A stretch of DNA of 64,000 nucleotides from a bacterium (GTDB lineage Bacteria; Zhuqueibacterota; Zhuqueibacteria; Residuimicrobiales; Krinioviventaceae): assembly GCA_963693055.1 (NCBI GenBank), contig OY843751.1, forward strand, positions 5,600,001-5,664,000, in the 5' to 3' direction. Position numbers and translations under genes: made by a program. Below are positions 8,484 through 17,687 of this stretch, in pieces (position 1 is the first letter of the stretch; the number at the start of each line of letters is the position of its first letter). The notes beneath the pieces are model-generated. The model was not told the origin of the DNA. It saw only the letters and a program-made list of their open reading frames with translations, and ran no database searches.

Positions 8484-10139
8484 TTATTCAGCGACTACCT
8501 TGACATCCCTGAACATATAGGGATTGTCGCTGACTCTTAATTTCTTGCCGCTTGCAGTGGTCACGTTATCAAGAATGACTTTATTTGTTTTGATATAGGG
8601 AAATGTTTCCTCAAAAGTGCTGTCTGTGTATTCCTTGTTAAAATTTGCAAAAATAGCGGGGCCCTGGTAATCCTCGGGATGGTTGGAATCATCAATGTGA
8701 AGAGTCTCTATAGTAATGGTTTCCGGCATATAACAGGTATAACCAAAATCGTGCTTGCCAGAATTGGAACCACCGAACAGGCTGGCACTCGTTGTTTGGC
8801 CTCCGGAAGGCACAAACGTACAGTTACGGATGATAAAGTCTCCCTGCCATGTACTGCCATAATCGCTGCGAAGGTTAACCAGATTTCTGCCATAAACGGT
8901 GCAATTCTCTACGGTCAAAACTCCGGTACCAATGGCATTGATTCCCATGTGCCCCATGGTTGAATTGCGAATGGTTGCATTGGCAACTCCCATGTGGGCA
9001 TCGAACCTGGAGAATTTACAATTGTCATATACCAGATTTTTACAATAGTTGGAGCCCATAATTCCCCAGTACGTATTGTCCTTGATATCATTTGTCTGAC
9101 TGCAATCGATAAAGGATATATTGAGGGCACGACCAATTGAAATATCATAAGATCCCATGGGTACCCGCTTGCCTGCCGAACCGATGGTATAGTATTTTTT
9201 GTGTCCGGTTAACACTGTATTTTTGACTGTCACGTTTGAACAGTTGCTGATGGTGATAAATCCACTATAGGGCGCACCATGGTCTCCTTCACCGGTAATG
9301 CGATGTTTCAGTCCGGTCACAAGCACATTTGAACGATTAATCACCATATTACGGCTGTAATAGGTATATTTGGATTCGGCAGTATTGGCGATTGTCGTAA
9401 AGCGTCCACCGGTTATGTTGAGTGTGGTCTCGTCAATGGGTAAGGCATTGATTTCTGTAATCTGATCAAAATCCCAAATGATGGGTGTGTTCTTGTCCAC
9501 GTTTCCGTTTTTATCAACAACAAAAATATCTGTTTGCGGAGATCCGCTGTTTTGATTCAGTCCAAAACGGATGTATCGCTTTACGTTCGAATCGGTTACG
9601 GTAACCAGACAGCTTTTGGGTAAAGCGATATCTATTTTCTCCTGATTGCGCTTGAGAGAGGATATGCTTTTAATCTCGAACGGTTCCAGGGTTGAGGATA
9701 CCTTGAAAACAGAAGCACCCCGTTTTTCTACAGCTATCTGACTATCATCAACAATAAATCCTGCCGTACCAAAATCGGTGTCGGTTTGAATGACCGCAGT
9801 GCGTTCCGTGTTTCCGATATAATATGTTGCACCCTCATCGGCTTTGACCAAAAGCTTGTGCTGATTGGCAAATGCATGAGTGGCAGCAATAGCATCTAAA
9901 TCATCAATTTTGCCGTCACCCACAGCGCCAAAATCACTGTAACGGACGAATCCATTGGTTTTGAATTTTTGAACATCCTTTGGGGCTACATTTACCAGCA
10001 ATTCTCCATTTTCATTGGTACGCACCCGGATTTCATTCTCTTCCGATGTAATCACAACGTTATCAAGCGCACTGTTTTGTCCATATGCTGTAATTATTAA
10101 AGTAAATAAAATAGAAATCAAGAGTATGCGTTTCATCAT
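8484..10139 (-). CDS. Exported right-handed beta-helix (pectin lyase-like fold) protein
   Basis: Signal peptide MMKRILLISILF (ATG 10139 after AAAGGA; track start 10172). DFGAVGDGKIDD motif typical of beta-helix carbohydrate enzymes; repeated N/C ladders. Confidence 0.7.
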   Translation of the reverse strand: MMKRILLISILFTLIITAYGQNSALDNVVITSEENEIRVRTNENGELLVNVAPKDVQKFKTNGFVRYSDFGAVGDGKIDDLDAIAATHAFANQHKLLVKADEGATYYIGNTERTAVIQTDTDFGTAGFIVDDSQIAVEKRGASVFKVSSTLEPFEIKSISSLKRNQEKIDIALPKSCLVTVTDSNVKRYIRFGLNQNSGSPQTDIFVVDKNGNVDKNTPIIWDFDQITEINALPIDETTLNITGGRFTTIANTAESKYTYYSRNMVINRSNVLVTGLKHRITGEGDHGAPYSGFITISNCSNVTVKNTVLTGHKKYYTIGSAGKRVPMGSYDISIGRALNISFIDCSQTNDIKDNTYWGIMGSNYCKNLVYDNCKFSRFDAHMGVANATIRNSTMGHMGINAIGTGVLTVENCTVYGRNLVNLRSDYGSTWQGDFIIRNCTFVPSGGQTTSASLFGGSNSGKHDFGYTCYMPETITIETLHIDDSNHPEDYQGPAIFANFNKEYTDSTFEETFPYIKTNKVILDNVTTASGKKLRVSDNPYMFRDVKVVAE

Positions 10140-10264
10140 AGCAGTCCTTTTAAAAATGAGTTCAAATGACATGGCGGTTATTGATCAATATATAGATTAC
10201 ACCCTATTAAAGCAACATTGAATATAATAGCTCCCAGACCGGTGTAGGCTATAATTGGATAAAA

Positions 10265-10295
10265 GATAATGCCAGAGATGCTTCCCGTCACAATC
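10265..10295. repeat. Degenerate copy of the 31-bp palindrome
   Basis: GATAATGCCAGAGATGCTTCCCGTCACAATC, 23/31 ungapped identity to copy 1. Confidence 0.7.
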
Positions 10296-10516
10296 GCATA
10301 ATTTTTTTCGATTATAATAAAGGATTTTTAAGCAAAATTAATAGATGAAATATAACATTCTGCCATCTTGTTGAAATTTTAAGCAATGAATTGAAAACAC
10401 TCATTTTGTTTTAAAATATTACCCAAAATGATATATTCCATTTTTTTACTTCCAGGTAGGGACTCTGCATAGCTCGCCAAATGCAGCCCTATGAACAAAT
10501 GAGAGGATAATTCAGA

Positions 10517-11740
10517 ATGCATATTTTATTTACACTTGGCCTTATTATGGCACTGGGTCTGGCAGGCGGACGACTTTTTGAACGTTTTGGTATTCCACAG
10601 GTGGTAGGATACATCGTCGTTGGTGTTGTACTCGGGGACTCGGTTCTACATTTTTTATCAATAGAAACCCTTGATAATTTGTCCGCTTTAACTTCAATAG
10701 CCTTGGCATTTATTGGCTTTATGGTTGGAGGAGAACTCAAATACTCTATATTCCAAAAATATGGCAAACAATTCTTTAGTATTTTGCTTTCCGAAGGATT
10801 GCTGGCCATGCTCTTTGTTAGCATCCTGACCATTTTATTAACAAAGAATATACCGTTGGGCATTTTGTTAGGCGCTCTCAGTTCAGCAACTGCACCGGCC
10901 GCAACTGTAGACGTTTTATGGGAATATCGCTCAAAGGGACCGTTAACATCAACCATTTTAGCCATTGTGGCACTTGATGACGGACTGGCCCTCTTTCTTT
11001 ACGGATTTGCTTTTGCATTTGCAAACGCGCTTGTTGCCGGTGGTGGGCTGAGTGTTAAAATTATGCTCTTACAACCCCTGTTTGAAATTTTTGGTTCACT
11101 CTTGCTTGGAATTGCAATCGCATTGATCATGAACTATATTCTCCGCTGGATTTCTTCGCGAGATGACCAACTGGTAATAAACATTGCGGCTATATTTTTA
11201 GCAAGCGGCATCGCAAAATATTATGACCTTTCACTCATCCTTACCAACATGGCTGTTGGCCTGACACTTACCAATCTTCATCGGGACCGAAATGAGTCAA
11301 ATTTCGATATCGTGAAAAGCTTTGTCCCGCCGATTTATATTATATTCTTTTTATTTGTTGGCGCCAGATTGCAACTGGGTCTCATGCCCTCAATGGGTTT
11401 ACTGGGAATCTTGTATGTTATTGGCAGAACAGTTGGCAAATGGTCAGGGGCTTTTCTGGGATCAGTTATATCCGGAGCGCCATCAGCAGTTAAAAAATAT
11501 CTCGGTTTCGCTCTGTTCTCGCAAGCCGGTGTTGCCATTGGCCTCGCACTCGATATTTATCAGCATTTTGGCAAATTAGGATCTACCGGAGAGCATTTGG
11601 GTCACACGGTTATTAATGTAATTGCCGCGACAACACTGTTGGTCCAAATCATCGGTCCCATGTCGGTAAAATTTGCAATATCCAAAGCTGGTGAAATCCC
11701 CGGTCAAACGCAAAACGGAGAAAGGGGAAAAGAATCATGA
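10517..11740 (+). CDS. Cation:proton antiporter (Na+/H+ exchanger family, CPA2-like)
   Basis: Many TM segments; P.VVGYIVVG, ATAPAAT, VALDD, QAGVAIGL. Confidence 0.9.
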   Translation: MHILFTLGLIMALGLAGGRLFERFGIPQVVGYIVVGVVLGDSVLHFLSIETLDNLSALTSIALAFIGFMVGGELKYSIFQKYGKQFFSILLSEGLLAMLFVSILTILLTKNIPLGILLGALSSATAPAATVDVLWEYRSKGPLTSTILAIVALDDGLALFLYGFAFAFANALVAGGGLSVKIMLLQPLFEIFGSLLLGIAIALIMNYILRWISSRDDQLVINIAAIFLASGIAKYYDLSLILTNMAVGLTLTNLHRDRNESNFDIVKSFVPPIYIIFFLFVGARLQLGLMPSMGLLGILYVIGRTVGKWSGAFLGSVISGAPSAVKKYLGFALFSQAGVAIGLALDIYQHFGKLGSTGEHLGHTVINVIAATTLLVQIIGPMSVKFAISKAGEIPGQTQNGERGKES

Positions 11741-12168
11741 AAAAGCAATTGATCAAAGATCTATATCCTTATAATACAATCGGTAATGTATCCGGAGCCA
11801 TAACCATTCGGGAGATGGCAAAACTCGTTGTAAAGCATCCGGAAACACATTATCTGTGTGTTGTGGATGATTCAGACAATTTGCTGGGACTCGTCAGCCG
11901 TGAACGATTATTTCAGGCAATTTTCTCTCATCATGTCTCCGCAAGTGCTAAAGTGACAGAACTTTACTCTCTTCTCACATCAGAGCATGCAGAGGACCTG
12001 CTCATTAAACATTTTATTACCTGCAACGAGTCAGACCCGCTTGATGAAATCATCAACCTTATGGTCAAACATCAACTCGATGCGATTCCCGTATTAAATA
12101 AAAATGAAAAACTTGAAGGCCTGCTAACGATTGAACAGCTTTTATCGAATTGGCTTGAAAAAAGTTAA
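11737..12168 (+). CDS. CBS-domain pair protein
   Basis: LCVVD...LLGLVS and IPVL...LEGLLT; ATGA overlap with the antiporter gene. Confidence 0.85.
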   Translation: MKKQLIKDLYPYNTIGNVSGAITIREMAKLVVKHPETHYLCVVDDSDNLLGLVSRERLFQAIFSHHVSASAKVTELYSLLTSEHAEDLLIKHFITCNESDPLDEIINLMVKHQLDAIPVLNKNEKLEGLLTIEQLLSNWLEKS

Positions 12169-12448
12169 CGATACTATTTTCTTTGGTTCCAGGACAGAGC
12201 CCGTGGCCCCAGAAACGACATGAATTCCGGTCAACTTTCGCGTTTAAAGCTTGTCTGTTCTCCGGCGGATGTGATGCTTTGTGATCTTGGCGGCTTTGTG
12301 GTGAAGGCAGATACTAAATGATGCATCAAGATGCTTCTTGCAAGCTGCTTAAAAGGCTTAAAATGAACCGCCCGCTCCGCTCAATGAATGCAGATTGTGA
12401 TAAAAATATATGACATATTACATTCTGTTTACTAAATAACCATAACAA

Positions 12449-12479
12449 GATCATGACGGAGATAATCTCCGTCACGATC
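12449..12479. repeat. 31-bp palindrome, copy with two substitutions
   Basis: GATCATGACGGAGATAATCTCCGTCACGATC, 29/31 identity to copy 1. Confidence 0.93.
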
Positions 12480-12584
12480 ACAAATAAATTTTAAACATCA
12501 CTGAAGTCATTCGTAAAAGGTCTCTATATACCCTGTATTATTTTTATTAAATCTTTCAATCAACAGACTTGTAGCAAAAAAACA

Positions 12585-12613
12585 TTGATTTTAATCTCAA
12601 ATTCCCGTACTTT
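12585..12613 (+). promoter_or_regulatory. Candidate sigma70 promoter of tRNA-Lys
   Basis: TTGATT-N17-TACTTT ending 15 bp before the tRNA. Confidence 0.5.
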
Positions 12614-12628
12614 AAAAGTTAGAAATAT

Positions 12629-12701
12629 GCGCCTATAGCTCAATTGGCAGAGCATCTGACTCTTAATCAGCAGGTTCGGGGTTCGATTCCCTGTGGGCGC
12701 A
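12629..12701 (+). tRNA. tRNA-Lys (anticodon CTT), CCA not encoded
   Basis: Acceptor GCGCCTA/TGGGCGC, D arm GCTC..GAGC, anticodon loop CTCTTAA, T arm CGGGG-TTCGATT-CCCTG. Confidence 0.96.
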
Positions 12702-12702
12702 C

Positions 12703-12734
12703 AAAAAAGCCCGATACATAATCGGGCTTTTTTT
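12703..12734 (+). terminator. Intrinsic terminator after tRNA-Lys
   Basis: AAAAAAGCCCGAT-ACATA-ATCGGGCTTTTTTT. Confidence 0.9.
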
Positions 12735-12747
12735 ATGTAAAAAAATC

Positions 12748-12819
12748 TTGACAAAAAAAATATTATTGCTAAATTAGGGTACTTGAAAAAGTTTCTCAAA
12801 AGAACCTTTTGGAGGTACC
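12748..12819 (+). promoter_or_regulatory. Methyltransferase promoter plus imperfect inverted repeat covering the RBS
   Basis: TTGACA-N16-TAAATT with an extended TG. Inverted repeat 12778-12819 (GGTACTT..AAAAGTTTCT / AGAACCTTTT..AGGTACC) includes GGAGG. Confidence 0.6.
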
Positions 12820-14232
12820 TTGATAGATATAAACGAAGCGTCAAAAATTTTAAACAGAACACCTCAACAATTAAGAAAATTATGCACTAAAGGTAAAATC
12901 AAAGCACAGAAAATTAGCAATTCTTGGATTTGTGATAAAGATGAAATCATAAAATATTATGATACAACAACAACTGGAAAAGTAAAAGACCAAACCAGTA
13001 AGTATAATAGAAAAGAAATTATTAACAATAAGCCAATCGCTTTAAGCTTTTTCAGTGGTGCAATGGGGCTTGATATCGGACTAGAAAAATCAGGTTTTAA
13101 TGTAATATTAGCAAGTGAAATAGACAATGCTTGCCGTAAAACAATTCTTAAAAACAAACCCAATATAGCCTTACTTGGCGATATCCGTGACTATAATGCA
13201 AAACAAATCAAATCAAAAGCAGGACTAAATGAAAATGATGATATTGATTTAGTTGTGGGCGGGCCTCCTTGTCAAGCATTTAGCACTGCTGGAAAAAGAA
13301 TGGCTTTTGAGGATGAAAGAGGCAATGTTTTTTTATCATTTATCGACTTAATTTTAGATTTAAACCCTAAATATGCTGTAATCGAAAATGTTCGAGGGCT
13401 TTTATCTGCACCACTAAAACACAGACCTCATAACCAAAGAGGGGATGGTTATCCTCCCTTAAGTGCAGAAGAAAGAAGAGGTGGTGCATTAAACCATATT
13501 CTAACTAAATTTAAAAATAAAGGTTATTCTGTTAATTTCAATTTATATAATGCTGCAAATTTTGGGACACCTCAAAAAAGAGAAAGAGTGATAATTATTT
13601 GCTCAAGAGACCAACAGGAAATTCCATTTTTAATACCAACTCATTCAGAGAATGGACTATTTGGTCTCCCTAAATGGAAAACATTTGAAGAAGCAACTAA
13701 AACTCTGAATGGAATAAAACATACATATATCAACTTTCCCGAAAAACGACTAAAATATTACAGATTATTAAAAGCTGGTCAAAATTGGAGAAACCTTCCT
13801 ATTGCCCTTCAAAAGGAAGCATTAGGTAAATCATACTATGCTGGTGGTGGTAAAACAGGATTTCTAAGAAGACTAGCATGGGAAAAGCCTTCCCCTACAT
13901 TAGTAACACATCCTGCTATGCCTGCAACTGACTTGGCACATCCAAAAGAAGATAGACCTTTAAGCATTGAAGAATATAGAGTTTTACAAGAATTCCCTGA
14001 TAATTGGAAAATTGAAGGGAGTATTATTGAGCAATATCGTCAATTAGGTAATGCAGTACCAACTGGTTTAGGTAGGGCCATTGGAAATTTAATATTAAAA
14101 CTTATGAATAAAGAAAAAGTTTACAAAATTAAAGATTTTCCATATTCAAGATACAAAAATACAAATCGTCAAGAATGGCAAGAAGAATATCAACAAAGTT
14201 TAATACCTTCTTTATTTACTGAGGACTTTTAA
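12820..14232 (+). CDS. DNA (cytosine-5) methyltransferase with N-terminal HTH, M.SinI-like
   Basis: Motifs FSGAMG, GGPPCQ, ENV, QKRERV, GNAV. N-terminal INEASKILNRTPQQLRKL...IKAQKI..SW is an excisionase/HTH_17-like domain. TTG start after GGAGG. Confidence 0.95.
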   Translation: MIDINEASKILNRTPQQLRKLCTKGKIKAQKISNSWICDKDEIIKYYDTTTTGKVKDQTSKYNRKEIINNKPIALSFFSGAMGLDIGLEKSGFNVILASEIDNACRKTILKNKPNIALLGDIRDYNAKQIKSKAGLNENDDIDLVVGGPPCQAFSTAGKRMAFEDERGNVFLSFIDLILDLNPKYAVIENVRGLLSAPLKHRPHNQRGDGYPPLSAEERRGGALNHILTKFKNKGYSVNFNLYNAANFGTPQKRERVIIICSRDQQEIPFLIPTHSENGLFGLPKWKTFEEATKTLNGIKHTYINFPEKRLKYYRLLKAGQNWRNLPIALQKEALGKSYYAGGGKTGFLRRLAWEKPSPTLVTHPAMPATDLAHPKEDRPLSIEEYRVLQEFPDNWKIEGSIIEQYRQLGNAVPTGLGRAIGNLILKLMNKEKVYKIKDFPYSRYKNTNRQEWQEEYQQSLIPSLFTEDF

Positions 14233-14958
14233 TTCATTTTTAACTTTTTTTCCTACTGATTCAAAAACTGATAATAATTCTACATAGGTTCCTTCTCCTC
14301 CTATAAAATCCCAGTATTCTTTACCTATAAGAACACAATTGTCTGTTTTCATATCAAATATTTTGGATGGAATAGACCAATTATAATCTTCTCTCTTTTC
14401 ACCTCCAGGATTATAATATAAACTAAAATATGTATTTAATTTAGGATCATGAGCTTTTAATAATAACATATCCTTTTTTGCTATTTCCGTTTGATCAATA
14501 TTCGGTTTTACCGTCTTGATAGAGAAAAAATTTTCTACACCATCTCTTTTTATCCATAAATCAAATATTAATCTTTGAGTTACGTAATCTCCTTTCTTAA
14601 AAGAACACACTCTTTTCAATTCACGGTTCCAATTTGGTTTACTACTGCCATCTCTTAAAGCATTTAATAGTCTAGATATCTCATCAGTAGCTCCCTTATT
14701 AATCTCTGCTTGAATTTCCTTTTGCCGTGTACATTCCGCACCAGAATCAATAGCTATTAATTTTGATATTTCTTCGATTGGCCCTTGACCAAAGGAAGTT
14801 GAAAAGGACCTTTCAAACGCAGATGCCAACAATAATTCTTTTGTTAAAAGTAATTCATGAAAAGGTTTTAAAGTTTTTTCTTTTTTAATTCTTTTCAAAG
14901 CACGAGATACACACGAATTAAGAACATTTTCAATAGCTTTAATTGTCTCACTTTTCAT
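14212..14958 (-). CDS. Type II restriction endonuclease, TdeIII/MjaII-like family
   Basis: FERSFSTSFGQ..E, DLW, IKTVKPNIDQT, YNP, GKEYWDFIGGEGTY; convergent with and overlapping the methyltransferase by 21 bp. Confidence 0.82.
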   Translation of the reverse strand: MKSETIKAIENVLNSCVSRALKRIKKEKTLKPFHELLLTKELLLASAFERSFSTSFGQGPIEEISKLIAIDSGAECTRQKEIQAEINKGATDEISRLLNALRDGSSKPNWNRELKRVCSFKKGDYVTQRLIFDLWIKRDGVENFFSIKTVKPNIDQTEIAKKDMLLLKAHDPKLNTYFSLYYNPGGEKREDYNWSIPSKIFDMKTDNCVLIGKEYWDFIGGEGTYVELLSVFESVGKKVKNELKVLSK

Positions 14959-15410
14959 TTAGTCCCCAAAATAAAATTAATCTTTTTAATAACTCCTGAA
15001 TACAATTCCTTTTTCTTTAAATCGTGTTCCCAAAATCTAACAACCGTTATTCCCTGTTCTTTCAGTATTCTTGTGACTCTTTTATCTCTTGCTCTATTTT
15101 TATTCAGCTTCGCTTCCCAAAACTCAGATCGTGTTTTAGGTATATGCCCACATTTTGGACACCCATGCCAATAGCATCCATCAACAAAAATAGCTACTTT
15201 ATGCTTTGGGAAATAAAAGTCTGGTTTGCCTTGTAGGTTCTTATAATTTAATTTCCATCCTTTAATGCTGTTCCTAACTAATAACATTTTCAATTTAATT
15301 TCTGTTGACTTGTTATTTTTACCTCTAATTTTTGACATTGTTTTTGAATGTTTTTCTAAAACATTATCAAACTTGCCATTTTTTAAATATTTTTTGAGGT
15401 CTTTTTCCAT
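14955..15410 (-). CDS. vsr: Very short patch repair endonuclease
   Basis: MSKIRGKN...E, GKPDF, IFVDGCYWHGC, FW..K..N..RD, VRFWEH. Confidence 0.93.
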   Translation of the reverse strand: MEKDLKKYLKNGKFDNVLEKHSKTMSKIRGKNNKSTEIKLKMLLVRNSIKGWKLNYKNLQGKPDFYFPKHKVAIFVDGCYWHGCPKCGHIPKTRSEFWEAKLNKNRARDKRVTRILKEQGITVVRFWEHDLKKKELYSGVIKKINFILGTK

Positions 15411-15446
15411 TACAACAACTACTATAAATGCAATAATGATTCCTTA

Positions 15447-16382
15447 CTAACTCACACCAAATACACGTTTTGAAAACGCTACGTTGGTTTTGGTATCTGC
15501 TTCAAACTCGTTTTTGCGGCCGCTGGTTTCAAGCACCAGCCATTTGTCATAACTGATGTCCATAAGGGCTTTTGAGCATGCGTTCATATCCACCATGGCC
15601 TTGTCGTCACCCAGGATTTTGGTTTTCCAGTCCTTGAGATGCACTTCGCAAATACGGTCGTTGCCCAACTTGCGGATCTCTGCCGGCACATTATATCCAT
15701 TGCCCCACGAGTTGCCCACGTCGTAATACACCTGCGCTATGGGAGAGCCGATTCCTTCAATGATCTCTAGATTTTGTCGGGCGGACAAGGTATTTTCCAG
15801 TCCCAATACTACTCCCGCGGCTTCGGCGCGTGGCGCAATCTGTTTCAAACAATCAATGACCTTTTCCACACGGGCATCATCCAGTTCGTGCTCTTTGTAT
15901 CCGTTTATAGTTTTGGTATAATATTTACCATCCGCGTCTTTTTTCAACAAGTCTCCGTTGCCGAAAAACGCAATCAGAATATTCTTTGCACCCAGAGCCT
16001 GAGCCGCTTCAATCGCATCAATCACATATACCGCGGATTGGGGTTCAGTAGCCAATGCATATTTGTTCAAAATACTGCCTGCCGCAACCGAGTGAAAGGT
16101 AATGCCATGCTTTTTACCCAACTCGACATATTGCTGGCGTACTTTTGGGTCGCGCAGTGGCACATTATCGGGACTTGTTGCCACGCTTACCTGAATACCC
16201 TGCAAAGTAACCTCGGCAGCTTTGGCAATGATATCGGGATTAGCAGAACCTTTGGGCAGGTTCCAGTCGCACATACCAATTCCCGCTGGGGATGTCCCCG
16301 CAAATAGGGATGAATTTACCAATCCGGCAGCCATAACAGCAGCACCGGAGGTTTTAATAAACGATCTGCGGTCCATAATCAT
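15447..16382 (-). CDS. Tat-exported sugar phosphate isomerase/epimerase (xylose isomerase-like TIM barrel)
   Basis: MDRRSFIK; GLENT, YYDVGN, EVHLKD, LVLET metal-binding motifs. Confidence 0.85.
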   Translation of the reverse strand: MIMDRRSFIKTSGAAVMAAGLVNSSLFAGTSPAGIGMCDWNLPKGSANPDIIAKAAEVTLQGIQVSVATSPDNVPLRDPKVRQQYVELGKKHGITFHSVAAGSILNKYALATEPQSAVYVIDAIEAAQALGAKNILIAFFGNGDLLKKDADGKYYTKTINGYKEHELDDARVEKVIDCLKQIAPRAEAAGVVLGLENTLSARQNLEIIEGIGSPIAQVYYDVGNSWGNGYNVPAEIRKLGNDRICEVHLKDWKTKILGDDKAMVDMNACSKALMDISYDKWLVLETSGRKNEFEADTKTNVAFSKRVFGVS

Positions 16383-16391
16383 TTCCTTGTA

Positions 16392-17615
16392 TTATTTTCG
16401 TTCGATGGAGACAATGGTCATGTCATCCACCATTTGTCCGTTTTCGTTAAATTGTCTGGCCATATCTGCCAGATTGTTAGAAAGGATAACCGGGTCTGCA
16501 TCAAGATTCGCGGTAATGGTGTCACACAAATGATGTACTTCTAAAAACTCCCCCTTGCTGTTCTGGGCCTCACTTAGGCCATCCGTAAACATGAACAAAC
16601 AATCGCCTTTTTCAAGGGTAACCTCGGAAATCTCTCCCGGTTTATACAGCGCATCTTCAAGCATACCCAACAGCATACCGTTAATGTTGAGCTTTTCAAT
16701 TTCTTTTTCATCGCGTTTCAAAAGTAAAGGATACGGAATGCCACCATTCAACAATTCACAGTTGCCGGTTTCCGTATAAATCACAGCCAAAAGACTTGCG
16801 GCAAAGATCTCTTTGGGCAGTCCACGGTACATGACCTTGTTGATCCCCCGCATGATATCTACAGCACTGGCAGTCGAGTTTTTTAATCCGCTGACTGCAA
16901 ACTTGACCAATGCGGTACATAGCGCTGCCTGAATGCCGTGACCGGTAAGGTCTACCAGAATCACTGCCAGGCGATTATCAGAAAGCGGGATCACATCGTA
17001 AAAATCTCCGCCAATATCAAACGCGGGCTGATATAGATTGTGAACTGCTATACCATTGTGTTCAACTCTTTCGGGACCAATCAAATTTGAATGGATGCGC
17101 TTGGCAAAGGTCATTTCTTCCTGCAAAAGATTGTTCACCTGAAACAACTCGTCACGTTGGCGCAAAATGGTGTCTATCTCGCGAATTTTAACCTTTAGTG
17201 TCTGTTCCAGATTCTTGTTGTCCAGACCGTTCTTGATGACCAATTTCAGATTATCATTGTCCCAGGGTTTTTGAATATACTGGAACAGTCCCACATCATT
17301 AATACCTTTGATAGCATTTTCCTTGTCCGCGTAACCGGTTAACAACACACGCGGCACATCGGGATACCGGTTACGGATCTCGGCCAAAAACTCGAGTCCG
17401 TTCATATCCGGCATTAAAAAATCGGCAATTACCAAGTCAGGCTGGTTCAGGGAAAGGTCTTCTATAGCCTCCCGTGGAGAAAGGTAGGTCAATACCTGGT
17501 AATCGGTCTCCATTTCCAAAAAGGATTTAATGGAGCGTGTTACCAACTCTTCATCATCCACAACAGCTACAACCGGAGATTTGGGTTTAAATTCGGGATT
17601 TTCTATTTTTTTCAC
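16392..17615 (-). CDS. Response regulator with PP2C/SpoIIE phosphatase domain (RsbU-like)
   Basis: Receiver VVDD..ADFLMP..KP; phosphatase GGDFYD, DLTGHG, FTDGLSE, DDMT. Confidence 0.9.
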   Translation of the reverse strand: MKKIENPEFKPKSPVVAVVDDEELVTRSIKSFLEMETDYQVLTYLSPREAIEDLSLNQPDLVIADFLMPDMNGLEFLAEIRNRYPDVPRVLLTGYADKENAIKGINDVGLFQYIQKPWDNDNLKLVIKNGLDNKNLEQTLKVKIREIDTILRQRDELFQVNNLLQEEMTFAKRIHSNLIGPERVEHNGIAVHNLYQPAFDIGGDFYDVIPLSDNRLAVILVDLTGHGIQAALCTALVKFAVSGLKNSTASAVDIMRGINKVMYRGLPKEIFAASLLAVIYTETGNCELLNGGIPYPLLLKRDEKEIEKLNINGMLLGMLEDALYKPGEISEVTLEKGDCLFMFTDGLSEAQNSKGEFLEVHHLCDTITANLDADPVILSNNLADMARQFNENGQMVDDMTIVSIERK

Positions 17616-17687
17616 CTGTAATCAAACATACATAATAAAATCTAAATTATGCATTTAAACTTCAATAAGCAAGACAATGTATAAAAT

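Noticed and set aside
662-12479. CRISPR array or integron attC array made of the 31-bp repeats
   Set aside because: Copies are kilobases apart with no spacers and no cas genes. The arms are perfect and lack the attC RYYYAAC/GTTRRRY ends and extrahelical bases; no integrase is present.
12560-12862. 100-aa minus-strand ORF
   Set aside because: Antisense to tRNA-Lys, its terminator and the methyltransferase promoter; a shadow ORF.
15410-15447. attR duplication of the tRNA-Lys 3' end bounding the R-M island
   Set aside because: No copy of the tRNA 3' sequence was seen here or elsewhere in the window, and there is no integrase.
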